Assembly (NCBI GenBank): GCA_004431415.1
Contig: QPMI01000416.1
Coordinates: 817,086-881,085, forward strand
Length of the DNA: 64,000 nucleotides
Source of the DNA: Cyanophora paradoxa CCMP329
Taxonomy: Eukaryota; Plantae; Glaucophyta
Direction: 5' to 3'
Part shown: positions 20,101 to 31,496 of the stretch, piece after piece
Layout: each line of letters opens with the position of its first letter
How positions within the stretch are numbered: position 1 is the stretch's first letter
Translations under genes and position numbers: made by a program
Notes under the pieces: model-generated
What the model was told of the DNA's origin: nothing
The model's database searches: none
Seen by the model: only the letters and a program-made list of their open reading frames with translations

Positions 20101-23100
20101 ACGAGCTCGACGGCGCGGAGCTCATCGAGGATGGCGCGGTAGAGGTCCGAGACTGCGCGCGCCCGCAGCGTCCGCTGCAGCTTGCACTTCTCCACCCGCT
20201 CCAGCTTCGCCGCGTGCCCCGCCGCCACCCGCCAGTTCACCCGCGCCTCGTAGCTGCGCCCCGCCGTCTCAGCCACCCCGCGGGGGTGCGAAGGCGCCGC
20301 CGCCGCACTTGACGAAGCGGACGCCGGGGCCCGGGGCCGAGAGGCCGCCGCGGAGGGCGGGCGCGGGGGCGCCGGGCCGCTCGGAGCGGGCCGAGGCGGG
20401 GGCGGGGTCCGACTCGTGGAAGGGGCACCACCAGTCGCCGTCGGGGACGGCGGCGAGGCCGAGGCATGCGAGGTGGTGGGCCTTGGGGCAGCCGGCCGGG
20501 TGGTCGCAGTAGAGGAGCTCCCCCCCGTCGTGGCACAGCGCGCACTCCAGCTCGTACACCGGCTCCTTCCGCATCTTTCCCGCCCCCGCCCGCGCCCCAG
20601 TCCCCGTCTGCGCCGCCCCCGCCCCGCCCTCCAGCTCGTGGAACGTGTAGTAGTCCGCGTGCCGCGCCGGCGCTGAGGCGCGGGCGCGCCCGCCGCGGGC
20701 CCGCGTGCTGACCACGGCCTGGCTGGGGACGTGCTGGAGCTTGGGGCCCGGAGCTGGCACGGAGGCCCGTCCCAGCGAGGCGGTGCGCGTGAGGGAGGGC
20801 GGCGGCTTGATGTCGTGCCCGGCGATCCGCTCTTTCTGCCCGTCGGCTGCGCGAGGCGGGGCGTGGGCGGGGGCGGGGCAGAGGGCCGGGGCGGGGGCGA
20901 GGGCGCACCGCGGACGCCGAAGACCTCGACGAGGCGGGGGTCGAGGGCGAGGAGGGCGAGGAGGCCGCCGTCCGCCCCCGAGTGGATGTGGAAGACGTGC
21001 TCCATGCGGTCCGCGTAGCAGTAGAACTGCCGCCCCTGCCCGTCCTCGAACACCTTGCCCCGCGGGTTGCCCCGCCCCTCCTGCTTCGACGCCTGCCGCA
21101 CGTGCGGCAGCCGCTCCACCTCCAGGATCTCCCGCTTCCGGCTGCGCCCCGCGCCGCCCCGCTCGTCCCGCGCCGCCGTGCGAGGGCGGGCGGGCGGCGC
21201 CGCACTGCTCCAGCTCGGTGTTGCGGAGCGACTCGACGAGGGCGTTGTACATGTCCGTGATGTTCCGGCACCTCACCAGCAGGTCTGCCGCCGCAGCGTT
21301 GGGTGCGGGAGGCTGAGGGGGCGAGAGGCGGGCGGACCCTCGAGCTTCTTCTCGGAGTAGGGGTAGTGGTGATGGTAGTGGATGACGAGCTCGTAGGAGG
21401 AGAAGGCCTTGGAAGAGGGGCCCGAGGAGCGGCGCTCCGGCCACTCGTCGCCCCCGCCCTCCGACTCGCTCCCGCTGTCCAGCTCGTCCAGATCGTCCAG
21501 CTCCTCATCCGCCTCCTCCTCCTCCACCGCCACCGCCCCCCGCCGCCCCGCCCCCGGGCCCCCCGCCGCCGCCGCCGCCGCCGCCATGGGGGTCGTCAGG
21601 GGGGCAGCCGAGCCGGTGGAGGCCTGCCGGGCGATGGCGGCAACGCGCGCGCTCCCGCCGCTCTGGGGGAGGACCTCCTCGCCGTCCGAGTCTGGGGCAG
21701 GGTCGGGCGTGCGCCGGCGAGGGCGGGGCGGGGAGTGCGCACTGAGGTCGAGGTCGTCGTCCTCGTCGTCCATCATCGCGTCACCCAGCTCTACCTCGAT
21801 GCCTCCCGGGAGCTGCCCGCCCCGCCCGAACCCCGGCCCAACAGCCCCCGCCCGCCCCGCAAAGGCTGCAGGTCGTGGCCCTCCGCTGGGCGCCCGTGGG
21901 AGGGCCGCCTGCAAGTGCTGCGGACACCAGAACTCGCGACCGCCGCCAAGCTTGCGGGCGCAGCGCTTGTGCATGAAGTTGAGGCAGCCAGGGTACTCGC
22001 ACGGCTGCACGTTCTCCTGCACCCCGCAGATGATGCACGTGTCCTCCTCCTCCTGCAGTGACGCCGGGCGGTTCGGCCGCCGTGACCGCCGCACGCCGGC
22101 ACCTTCCGCCGGCGTCGAGGCCTCGCTGGCGACGGCGGATGGCGGGCCGGAGCCGAGTGCCACGGGGGCCATGATGCTGAGCTTGGCGACCTTGGGGCCG
22201 CGGGCGGCGGCGAGGCGGGAGGCGGCGCCGGGGTCCGCCCCCGCGGCGGCGGCTGCCGGGTCGCCCTCCTCCGACTCGCTCGCCCCGCGCTTGCGCTTCA
22301 TCTTCGCGGCGCGCACCGCGTCGTCCGCCAGTAGCGGCGACGGCTGCCGGCGCTCGGGCGGGGCGGTGGCGGGGCCGGGGCGGCGGGGGGGCACCTCGTG
22401 GGGGAGGCGGTTGGTGGCGGCCTGGATCCACACCTGGTCGGGCTGCCGCATGCGCACCGAGACCTGCGCCGGCGTCGCGCTCGCCGCACCCCGCGTGCAG
22501 GCGGCCGAGGGGCGCACCACGTCGCGGGGGAAGCCCATCGTCGCAACGATGTCGCCGAGGTCCTGCCGCGCCATCAGAGGCCGGCGGCGGACGGCAAATG
22601 AGAAGAAAAGAGCGCGGGCGCACCTGGACGTCGTCAACGCGGTCGGCGGAGACGATGAAGCGCGGGAGGCCCGGCACGGTGGAGGAGGCCGGGTGCGCCT
22701 CCGCCATGTCGCTCTCCGCCTCCGGAAGACGCACATGCTTCATCCGAGCCCCGAAGACCACGTCCTGTCCGCTGCGCGCACAGCTCCGCTCTCGGAAAAA
22801 GGAAATGGAAAGGAAATGGGCGAGGCGGTTCAAACGAGCCTGCGGCGGTACTCGAACTCGCGGAGCCTGCGAATCACCTCGCGGATGATTCCGGAGACGG
22901 AGCGCTCATAGAACACCTCCGGTTCGTCCTGCGGACCGCCGGGCACGTTCTCCCAATGCAGTGTGGCCTCGTACCTGCGCCCCGGCGCGTCGGCTTCCGA
23001 GACCCCAGGCGATCTATGGCGCTCCGATGAAACATTGTCTAAAAGACGCATAGCTAATGTTGCGATGGCGCCGCGTTGACGCTTAGAGAGGGCGAGTGCT

Positions 23101-23618
23101 CACTTCCCTGGCTTCTTGACGCGGGGAGAGGCTGGAGCGGGTGGCGCCGCAGTCTTTACCAGAGTCGCTCGAGTCTTCAGCTCAGTCTGCAGCTCGGGCC
23201 CAATCTTGGGCAGCGGCGCTGGCGCCGCGCACGCCTGGCACCGCCAGTTGCCGATGGGCCGCTGCGAGAGGCCCAGACAGCGGTAGTGGAACATGTCGTT
23301 GCACTGAGCGCAGATAGTGTCCTGCCCAGTTCTGTCGCAGATCGGGCAGGGTTCGTCCTCTTCGTCCTCGTCCAGCGGCGCATCGGGCGCCATCATGGGA
23401 ATCTGAGGACGGAGGCACGCTGAGTGGTCGTTAAAGTGCTAAGCTAAGTACTCCGAAGGTACCGGGAACGTGTCAACAACGTGGTGGCCGCCGTGCAACG
23501 CCTGTTCTGGCGAGATGTTCAGAAACAGGGTCGGGTCGTCCGGCGGCATGAGGCCGTGTAGCCCGAGGGGATCGATGTGGGCCACATGCTCATGGAGGGC
23601 AAGGATCTCGTCCTCCAT
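17119..23618 (-). CDS. Large chromatin reader: five PHD fingers, HARE-HTH, ADD-like and C5HCH-like zinc fingers, plus three copies of an unnamed domain
   Basis: PHD motifs near 23230-23350, 21920-22040, 20420-20550, 19455-19575 and 17650-17785; HARE-HTH-like [32 protein letters not shown] at 18800-19015; ADD-like [21 protein letters not shown]. Confidence 0.8.
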
Positions 23619-23827
23619 GGCGCGTCCCTACGCGCAGACGCCAGGCTCGCCGGATGGCTCGGGAAGCGGCACCGGGCGCCTACGCACACCGATAACGACA
23701 GCTGTTGCCTATGCGAACCGGCTACAACCTTAGAGGCTATACATGCGCAGCAAACTGCTTTTGCCGCGAGCGCCGTTGAAAGCAAAAAAAAGAGGGGACA
23801 ACGTTGCGGGGGGGTATCATCATCACG

Positions 23828-25585
23828 ATGGCCTTCGCGTCGCCGCCGTGCAGTCCACAGCCCACCGTGCAGTGCACAAGCGGTTCGCTTCATCAGCTCC
23901 GCTGCACGTGCGCGCTCGCAGCCGCACCGCAGACAAGACGCCATGTCCAATGCTCGTCGCTCCTCGCTCCGGTGGACAGCCGCTCCAGTTTGCGGCGCAA
24001 GCGCGGCCCCTCGCTCCGGTGGACTGCCGCTCCAATGCATGACACGGCGTTGGGCTTTCGACGGCAACGGGTTCTCGTCTGCAGCGCGGCGGACGACGCC
24101 GGCCTCGCGACGCCGCCTTGGAGATCGCTGGTCAACGAGCAGAGCTTCGTCGATGACGATCTTTGCAGCGTAGCCCCGCGGCACATGTTCGCGCGGGAGG
24201 CTCACATGTTGGAGCTGGACGAACTCGAAGCCGACGACAGCTCACCTTCAGCCCTCGTTCGGGCCCTCGTGCACGTTTCAGAGGAGGAGAGCGCGGGATC
24301 TGTTGGCCAGCAGGAATTCGTCGATCGCACCATCGCCGACATAGCCGCGGCCGTGAGTCGCCTGATCAAGGAAGCGCTTGCCACCGCCGCCGCCGCCGCC
24401 CACCATACGCCTTCGGCAGGCCGCGCGCTCGCTAGCAGAGGGGGGTGGCAAGGACGCGGCGGCGGCGGTGCGGGCGGCGGCGGCTGAGCTCTTCGGGGCG
24501 CGGGGCTTCGTGGCCCTCTCAGCGGCGCCCTCGGAGTACGGGCTCGACGCCGGCGACGTGCTCATCGACCAGGCACGCCGTGCTGGCGCCGGCCGCTCCG
24601 CCGGGGAGGTGACGGGGCGAGGCAGGTGCTGCGGCGGGGCCAGGGCTTGGCGCTGGCGGCGGCGGTGCTGCTGCGAGAGGTCTGCCGCCGCCTGGGGGCG
24701 CCCCTGCGGCCGGCCTGCGACGCCGTGCCCCACCTGCTTTTCTGCGAGGCCGCCCCGGAGCCCTTCTTCGTCGACCCCCTGCGTGCCGGCGCCATCGTGC
24801 CCCGCGCCGACCTCGACGCCCACCGCGCCGCCCACTACCCCCCGCCCGGCCCCGACGCCCCGCACCCCCTCCCCGGGCTCGCCCCGCCGGCCCCGCCCGA
24901 CAGCCCCGCGACGGAGCGCGACCGCTGCGTCGAGTGCAGGGAGTGAGCGGGCGTCCCCCGTTAGCCGGCCCGGCGCCTTCGCGCTCGCCCCTGCGTCCAC
25001 TCTGATCCCGCACGCACCCAGCTTCTCGCCCCCCGGGGGATACTGCGGGGCGGCGCTCGGGGCTCGCGCCCTCCTTGCCCGCGTCCTCTGCTCGCTGAAG
25101 GTCGCAGCGCCGACGCTGCGCCGCGCCGCGCCCCGGACCGGCTGACCCTTCCCCGCAGCTGATCCATGTGCGGCGGAGGGACTACCTGCGCGCGCTCGCC
25201 GCCTCGGACCGCCTGCTGCTGCTGTACCCCCGCTCCCTGCCAGAGCTCCGCGATCGCGGCCTCATCCTCTACCAGGCCCGTAACCCTCCCCCTCCAACCC
25301 CGTCGCCCGCCCCCCGCCAACTTCTCACGCCGCGCAGCTGGGGCGCCACCAGGAATCCCAGCGGGCCCTGCAGGACTACCTGGTGCGCGACCCGGCGGCC
25401 TACGACGGGAACTCCGTCCGCCGCCTCGTCCTCAAAATCAAGATGGAGCGGTGCGAGCGCCGGCGCTCTCAATCTTGAGCTCGAGTTTGCTCAGCGGCCG
25501 CGCCGCTGGCGCTGTTTGGGGATGCGTGCGCTGACGCCCGCTTTTCGCGCGGCTGCGCAGACAGCTCCGGTCCCGTGTACAGTAG
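23828..25585 (+). CDS. SirB1/transglutaminase-like core plus TPR protein, putatively plastid-targeted
   Basis: MAFASPP presequence; LIDQ/VLRRGQG..LREVCRRLG..HLL..FFVDPLRAG; ALAASDRLLLL..ELRDRGLILYQ/LG. Confidence 0.72.
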
Positions 25586-25822
25586 GCTTGACGTTTGTTG
25601 TACAGTGCGAGACATGCGAGACAAGGTTGGTCTGAACTGGCTCTGAAGTTCTCTGCAGCTGAACGGGTCAATCCGTGGGGGTAGAGGCGGAACTCAGACG
25701 GGAGCACTAGCTTGCACTTCGACCAGCACATGTACAGCCACGCATAGCTAGCAATACGATCGTTAGCTATACGACCGTTTCAGCAGGCGACCTAGATCGC
25801 GATCGCTCGTCAGCGCGTTGGG

Positions 25823-26864
25823 ATGACGCAGGACAGTATACGTACTCCTGAGCTCCCGACGCGGTTCCCAGCCCCCGAGGAGCGCTACTTTGCGCGAGCG
25901 TACTACCTTAACGAGAAGAACCAGGAGGGCGCCGACCAGTACGTTCACCAGCACACCAACACGTCCGCCACGCACCCGCGCCGTCGAGATCGGCGCCCGC
26001 TGATCGTCCGCCAGGCTCTGCGTAATCGGCCTCGCGCCCTCGCACGCGGCGCTGAAGCGGAGGCCGGTGAAGGTCGAGTACAGGGAGGGCCGCAACGCAA
26101 AATGCACGGGCAAGCGGAAGCGCGGCTCGTTCTACGTGCAGGAACACACGTGCGCGCTCCTGCAAAGCTGCATATCGTCGTCTACACTGATCTCTACATG
26201 CAGACCTGTCTGCGATGTGCGTGCGGGGCGCGCGGTGCGATCGGGGCCGCCGGCGATGAGATCGCAGGTGGTGTGCGAGGACGGGTCGCGCTGGACGGTC
26301 CTGGCCCGCCTCCGCGGCCACCTCGTTGAGGTGCCTCTGTGCTGGCGCCTGCGCCGCGCGCCGGGGGCCCTGCGCGGAGAGGGCTTGCCGGGGCAGGTGA
26401 ACGAGCGGCTCTTGAGCGAGCCGGGCCTCCTGTGCTCCCACGTGCGCCCTCCTGAAGCCCGCAGCGCCCTCTCACACGCGCACCTGACCCAGCAACGCGC
26501 GCCTCGCAGCCCGAGACGCAGGGCTACGTCGGTGCCTGCGCCCCGCGGCGCGCGCCAGGGGCGGCCGCCCACCGCGGCGGGGCGCAGGGATCATCGCCCC
26601 GAAGTTCGCGGACCGGAAGCAGGCGGTGGCGGCCGGCCTCGACCGCGCACAGTACTGTGCCGCCAGGCGCGCGAGGCGCCGCGGACGGGCGGAGGGGGCT
26701 CTGAGGGCGGGGGCGGCAGGGGGGTGGAGGAGGCGGGGCGGGCGGCCCCCAAGTGGTGCGTCATGGACGAGGAGGCGGAGGGCGCCGGGGAGGACCCCGC
26801 CGAGGCCCCCGCCGGCGACCCCGCACCCGGCACCCCGGGCCCCGCCTCCGAGGCCGGCGACTAG
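25823..26864 (+). CDS. ABITRAM: Abitram/FAM206A (GcvH-like) protein
   Basis: DQYVHQHTN, TGKRKRG, LRGHLVE/VNERLLSEPGLL, PETQGY, GIIAPKF match Abitram motifs. Confidence 0.7.
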
Positions 26865-26979
26865 CCTCCAGCGCTGCCCCTCTCACGCTACCCAAGCCCC
26901 TCGCTCACCCGTAGAGTCTCGCCTTCGAAGAGATCGACTATTTTGAGAGGGAGTAGAGCGACGAGTGCGGCGAGGGGTC

Positions 26980-29051
26980 CTAAGGGAGGAGGTCGTCGAG
27001 GGGGCTGCGGTGGGCGGCGCCCCGGGCGGCACGGAGCCAGTCGCGGAGCAGGGCGCGCTCGCCTTCCACCACCGTCTCCGCGAGCCCCGCCCGCCCCGCG
27101 TCCACACCATCCCCCTCCGCCTGCCCCCGCCCCGCCCCATTGGCGGGGGCGGAGCGCGGGGCGGGAGGCGGGGGCACCGGGGGCGGTGCGGGGGGCGGGT
27201 AGGCGGCGAGGGCGGCCTCCACGAGGGCGGCGAGGATCTCGGCGGCGGGGCGCGGCAGCGCGGCGGCCTCGCCGGCGCGCTGCTCGGGGCCGGGGCGGGG
27301 CGCTCGGGCTCGCGGGGCGCGGAGAAGGCGGCGACAGCGGCGGCGAGCTCCTCCGCCGAGGCCGCCGCCGCCACCGCGAGGTACGCCTTCAGCTCCTGCC
27401 GCCCCCTCGCGCCCCAGCCCCCGCACCGCTCCCCGGGGCCGCCGGCGCACGTGCGGCAGGCTCTTGCGCGCCCAGAGGAGGAGCTCGTAGCGGCCCCCGC
27501 GGGGGTCGAACCCGAGCGCCCGCAGCGCCTCCCCGCGCGCCGCGCGCAGCCCGTCCTCGTCCCCCGCGGGGCCGGCGGGCGGCGGGAAGGCCGGTGCGGG
27601 GAGGATGGCGGCGTCGTGCGCGTTCCCCTCCACGGCAAACCCGAACCCTGCCGCCCTGGAGGTCACGGGCGGGAGGGGGAGGAGGCGTGGGGGGGGGGGG
27701 GGGGCACCGGGGAGGAGCTGGAAGTTGGGGAGGTCGCCGTAGCAGAGCAGCACCTGCGCGCCCCGCAGCCCGCTCGCCCCGCCCCACTCCCACCCCCCGT
27801 GCCGGGGCCGGGCGGCGCGGGGGGCGCCTCGGAGCCGGCGGGGATGTCGCGCGTCGCCTCGATTGCCACGAGCGGGCGCAGCGGGTCCCCGTCCCCCTCC
27901 CCATCCTGCAGCCACGCCACCGCCGCGTTCCCGCCCTCGGGCCCCGCCCTGCCGCCGGCGGGGCGGGTGAGAGGGGAGGGGGAGGGGGGCTGGGGCGGGG
28001 CGGGGCGCGCGAGTGGTTGAGCAGGTCCATGCCGGCGACGAGGGCCTTGTCGGTGCGGTCCCAGCGCACCTCCCCCTTCCGCCGCGTCGCCCGCGTCTGC
28101 TGCACCCCCATCGCCTGCCCGCACCACCCCTCAGCCCCCCGTCACCGCTCCCTGCGAGCGCCGGCAGGGCGGCGCGCCCACGCGAAGGAGTGCGCGGTGA
28201 GGGCTCCGGGGGCGGCGAGCAGGGGGGGGCAGCGGGGGTGGCGGAGGAGGGGCGGGGCGAGGCGGTCGTGGGCGTAGCGGTAGGCGAAGCGCTGCTGGAG
28301 GACGAGGTCGCGGGCGGGGGAGCCCCGCAGCCGCTCCACCTCCGCCTCGCCCCAGCCCAGCGCCGGGAAGCCGCCGAGGTCGGGCAGCGACTCGAGGTAG
28401 GGCGCCCAGGCGCCCCCGGCGCCCCGCGCGCGCTCGAGCAGCAGGAAGAGCGCGAGCGCTTCGTCCCCGTCGACCTGGCAAAGCCGGAGCTCGCTCAGGC
28501 GGCCGCGGCGGCGGTGAAGCAGCGCGCGCGCCCCCGGCGCGGGGCGCACGCGGGAGAGGCCGGAGCAGCGAAAGCCAAGCTCCGCGCTCCCCGCGACGGT
28601 CCCGTATGTGATCACGCGGCCCCGCGGGATGCGCGCCTGCCCGCGCGTTAGCTGCCGTCGCCGTGCGAGCGTCGCGATAAGTGTGCAGGCGCACGATCTG
28701 GGATCCAGCGGCGATGTCCTCGACGGCTAGCGCGCCCCGCACGCCGGTCGCCGGGTCCGTGGCGACCCGTAGCGGGAAGTGCGCCCCGCCGAGCTCCAGC
28801 CATTGCAGTAGCCGCACGTCGCGCTCGTTATCTGAGTGAGCTCCGACTGGCCGCGCAAAATTGCCGGCGCCGGGGCCTTGCTCTGCAGCCGCGCAGCGGG
28901 GCACGAACGGCTGCCGGCGCCGGACGGCTTTCTGGAGATGTCGGCAGCCCCTTCGACGGCAGGGCGGGCTCTGGCTGTGGTGCGGCGAAGGGATCGAGGG
29001 ACCGGAATGCGGTTGGCATCGCCAGACCGCGGGCGCAGCGAATGTTGCCAT
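26980..29051 (-). CDS. SET-domain lysine methyltransferase, Rubisco LSMT/SETD3-like, putatively plastid-targeted
   Basis: RGALAVEDIAAG, LALFLLLER..WAPYLESLP, ALVAGMDLLNHS, ATRDIPAGSE/VLLCYG, GFGF; N-terminus MATFAAP. Confidence 0.82.
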
Positions 29052-29359
29052 ACGGCCAAGATCGCTAAGCTTCTAGTGCTCCTCGCCGGCCTTGCGCAGC
29101 AGCGATCGAAAGCCGAGCGCTCGGGCCGGGCGCGGGAGCTGTCCGCTGAAATGCCGCGCGGCGGGCGTGCGGACTCGGCGCGCTACGTGCGGCTGCGCAT
29201 ACCCTAGGCCTAAATCCCGGAGCGTGAGAGGGTCGCGCCAGTGAAGTCCGCCACGCCCAACGAGCGGTATCCCCGAGATGGGGCGGTGCGCATCAGCTCT
29301 ATAGCTAGCCAGCGTACAGCTGCAGCTACAGGCGCGTCCCTGCGACGATCGAGCGTGGC

Positions 29360-30954
29360 ATGAAGCAGTATCAGGCGGCGGCGGCGGGCGCGTCGCTACT
29401 GGACCTGCCCGACGACATCCTCGTTCACACCCTGCAGCTCGTCGGCTTCGCGTCTGCGTGGGCCGCGCGGCGCGCTTGCCGCCGCCTCCGCGACGCCGTG
29501 GAGCGCGGCGTGCGTGCTGGCGAGCTGCGGGCAGCGGCGGACGACCCGGCCGCGCTGGAGCTGCTGGCGGCGCTGGTGCGGGCGGGGCGCGTGCGGGCGG
29601 ACGCGGTGAGCATCAGGCTGAAACAGATACCTAGACCAGCGTTGGAAGGCGCGATGTTGCGTCTCTTCCGTGGAGCGGCGGCGGTGATGGAGGCCTGTTC
29701 GACAGCAGCGCTAGCGGGCGCGGAAGAGAGCTTCGAGGCGTCGCTCACTGTTGAAGACAAGCTGATGACGGCCGATGTGCTTCAGGAGGCGCTGCGGGAC
29801 TCGCCGGCCCTGGGGCGCCTCACGGGCCTGCGCCTTCCGGTGTCGGTGCCGCTGCACCAGGGGGCGGCCAGGAGCATCGCGGCAAAGTGCCGGCGGCTGC
29901 GGCGGCTCAGCTTCGGCGTCGTCGCCTACGCGAGCAGCTCGGCGCAGTTCCAGTACCTGAGCGGCGTGCTTGGCAGCGTCAGCGGGCTGCCCCTGGAGGA
30001 GCTCGCCGTGGGCGCCGGCAGCGGCAGGCGCTTCGAGGGGAGGAGCGCCGCCATCCTCGCCCCCAGCCCCGCCGCCCGCTCTCTCCGCTCCCTCCAGCTC
30101 GGGCGAGCCGCCGCCCCCCGCCGCCGCCCGCGTCAGCCGCCGACCCCGCCCCTCGCCGGCAGGGAGAAGCTCGAGGTGAGCCCAGAGGCCGTGGAGGCCA
30201 TCTTCTCGCTCCCCCGCCTCGAGCGCCTCTCGTCCGAGCTCGCCGTCTCGTGCGCCGCCGGCGGTGTGGCGGGGCGGGGCGGGGCGGGGCGGTGAGTGGG
30301 GGGCGGGGCGGGTGGGGCAGCTCGGACGGGGAGCTGGCGCTGGTGGAGGGCCTCCTGCAGCACCGCAGCCTCCGCGAGGCGAGCCTTCGCCTCACCCGCC
30401 CCGCCCCCGCCACCGGCCCCCGCCTCGCCGCCGCCCTCCGCGCCTCCTCCCTCGCCGCCCTCCACCTCGCCCTCGACCCCCGTGCGAGGGCCCCCCGCGT
30501 GCCCACCCCCGCGCCCGCCGCCCACCGGCGCGCAGCCTTCAGCGAGGGAGCGCTCGTGGCGCTGCTCGACGGGGCGGGGGCGGCGGTGCGCAGCCTTCGC
30601 GTGAGCGCGGGGGGGGCGCTCTCGCTGCCCGAGCTCGCGGCGCTCGCCGCCTGCGGGCCCCGCCTCGAGGCCCTCTGCCTCTGCCAGCGCATCGAGGAGG
30701 AGGTGCCGGCCGCGTACGCCCTCCTCGCCCCCCTCGGCCCCCGCCTCGAGGTCCGCCCCGCTCCCCGGGGGCCGGGGGCCCGGGCCGCATCGCGCCCGCC
30801 AACGAGCGCCGTGGGCCCCCCGCAGATGCGCCTCGTCTCGGGGCTCTCCACGCGCTCCAGCCTCGTCACGAAGCAGCTGCAGGGCAGGGCCCTTGCCTCC
30901 GCCCGCCGCCTCCTCCCCGCCGCCCGCCTCCACCTCCACCCAAGCGCCCTCTGA
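29360..30954 (+). CDS. F-box protein with degenerate LRR-like repeats
   Basis: SLLDLPDDILVHTLQLV..ARRACRRLR F-box; later LRRLSF, LEELAV, LRSLQL, LERL repeats. Confidence 0.8.
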
Positions 30955-31496
30955 GACTACGAAATCATGTCCATGATCATCCGAGTTCAATGAACGGTAA
31001 TTATATCCTAGTACAAGCTTCATTATAAGAGTGATGGAGAAGTCATCGCTGAGTCGAACACTGTACATGTGTGTGAACTACGAGTCTACGACCCGGTGAC
31101 CGCCGGACCGTGACGGTCAACGAAAACTGAATCATTGAATTTCGACCGGCCGGCGCCATGCCATGATGGCAGTGATGGCACCGGACCGCCGGGCCGCGGA
31201 GTTCATCATCATGCACCCGTGACCGATATCGATCCAGCCTGGCAGCCTGCCGCAGCGCGCATGCCGCTGGCAGCTCATCATGATCATGGCATGGCATGCA
31301 TATGGCATCCCAAGGCCTGAGGGCAGCCTGGCAGGCTAGGCCGCCCCGCCCTTGGGCCCCGGCCCGGCGGGGAGCCTCAAAGGATCATCGGATCCCCAGT
31401 CGGGTGCGGGCGACTTAGTGGGCACGAGTCACGATCAATCACTGAGTTGATTGCAAGTTGCAGCCGAGGCGCTTGCTTCGGAAAGCTCTCTCGAGC

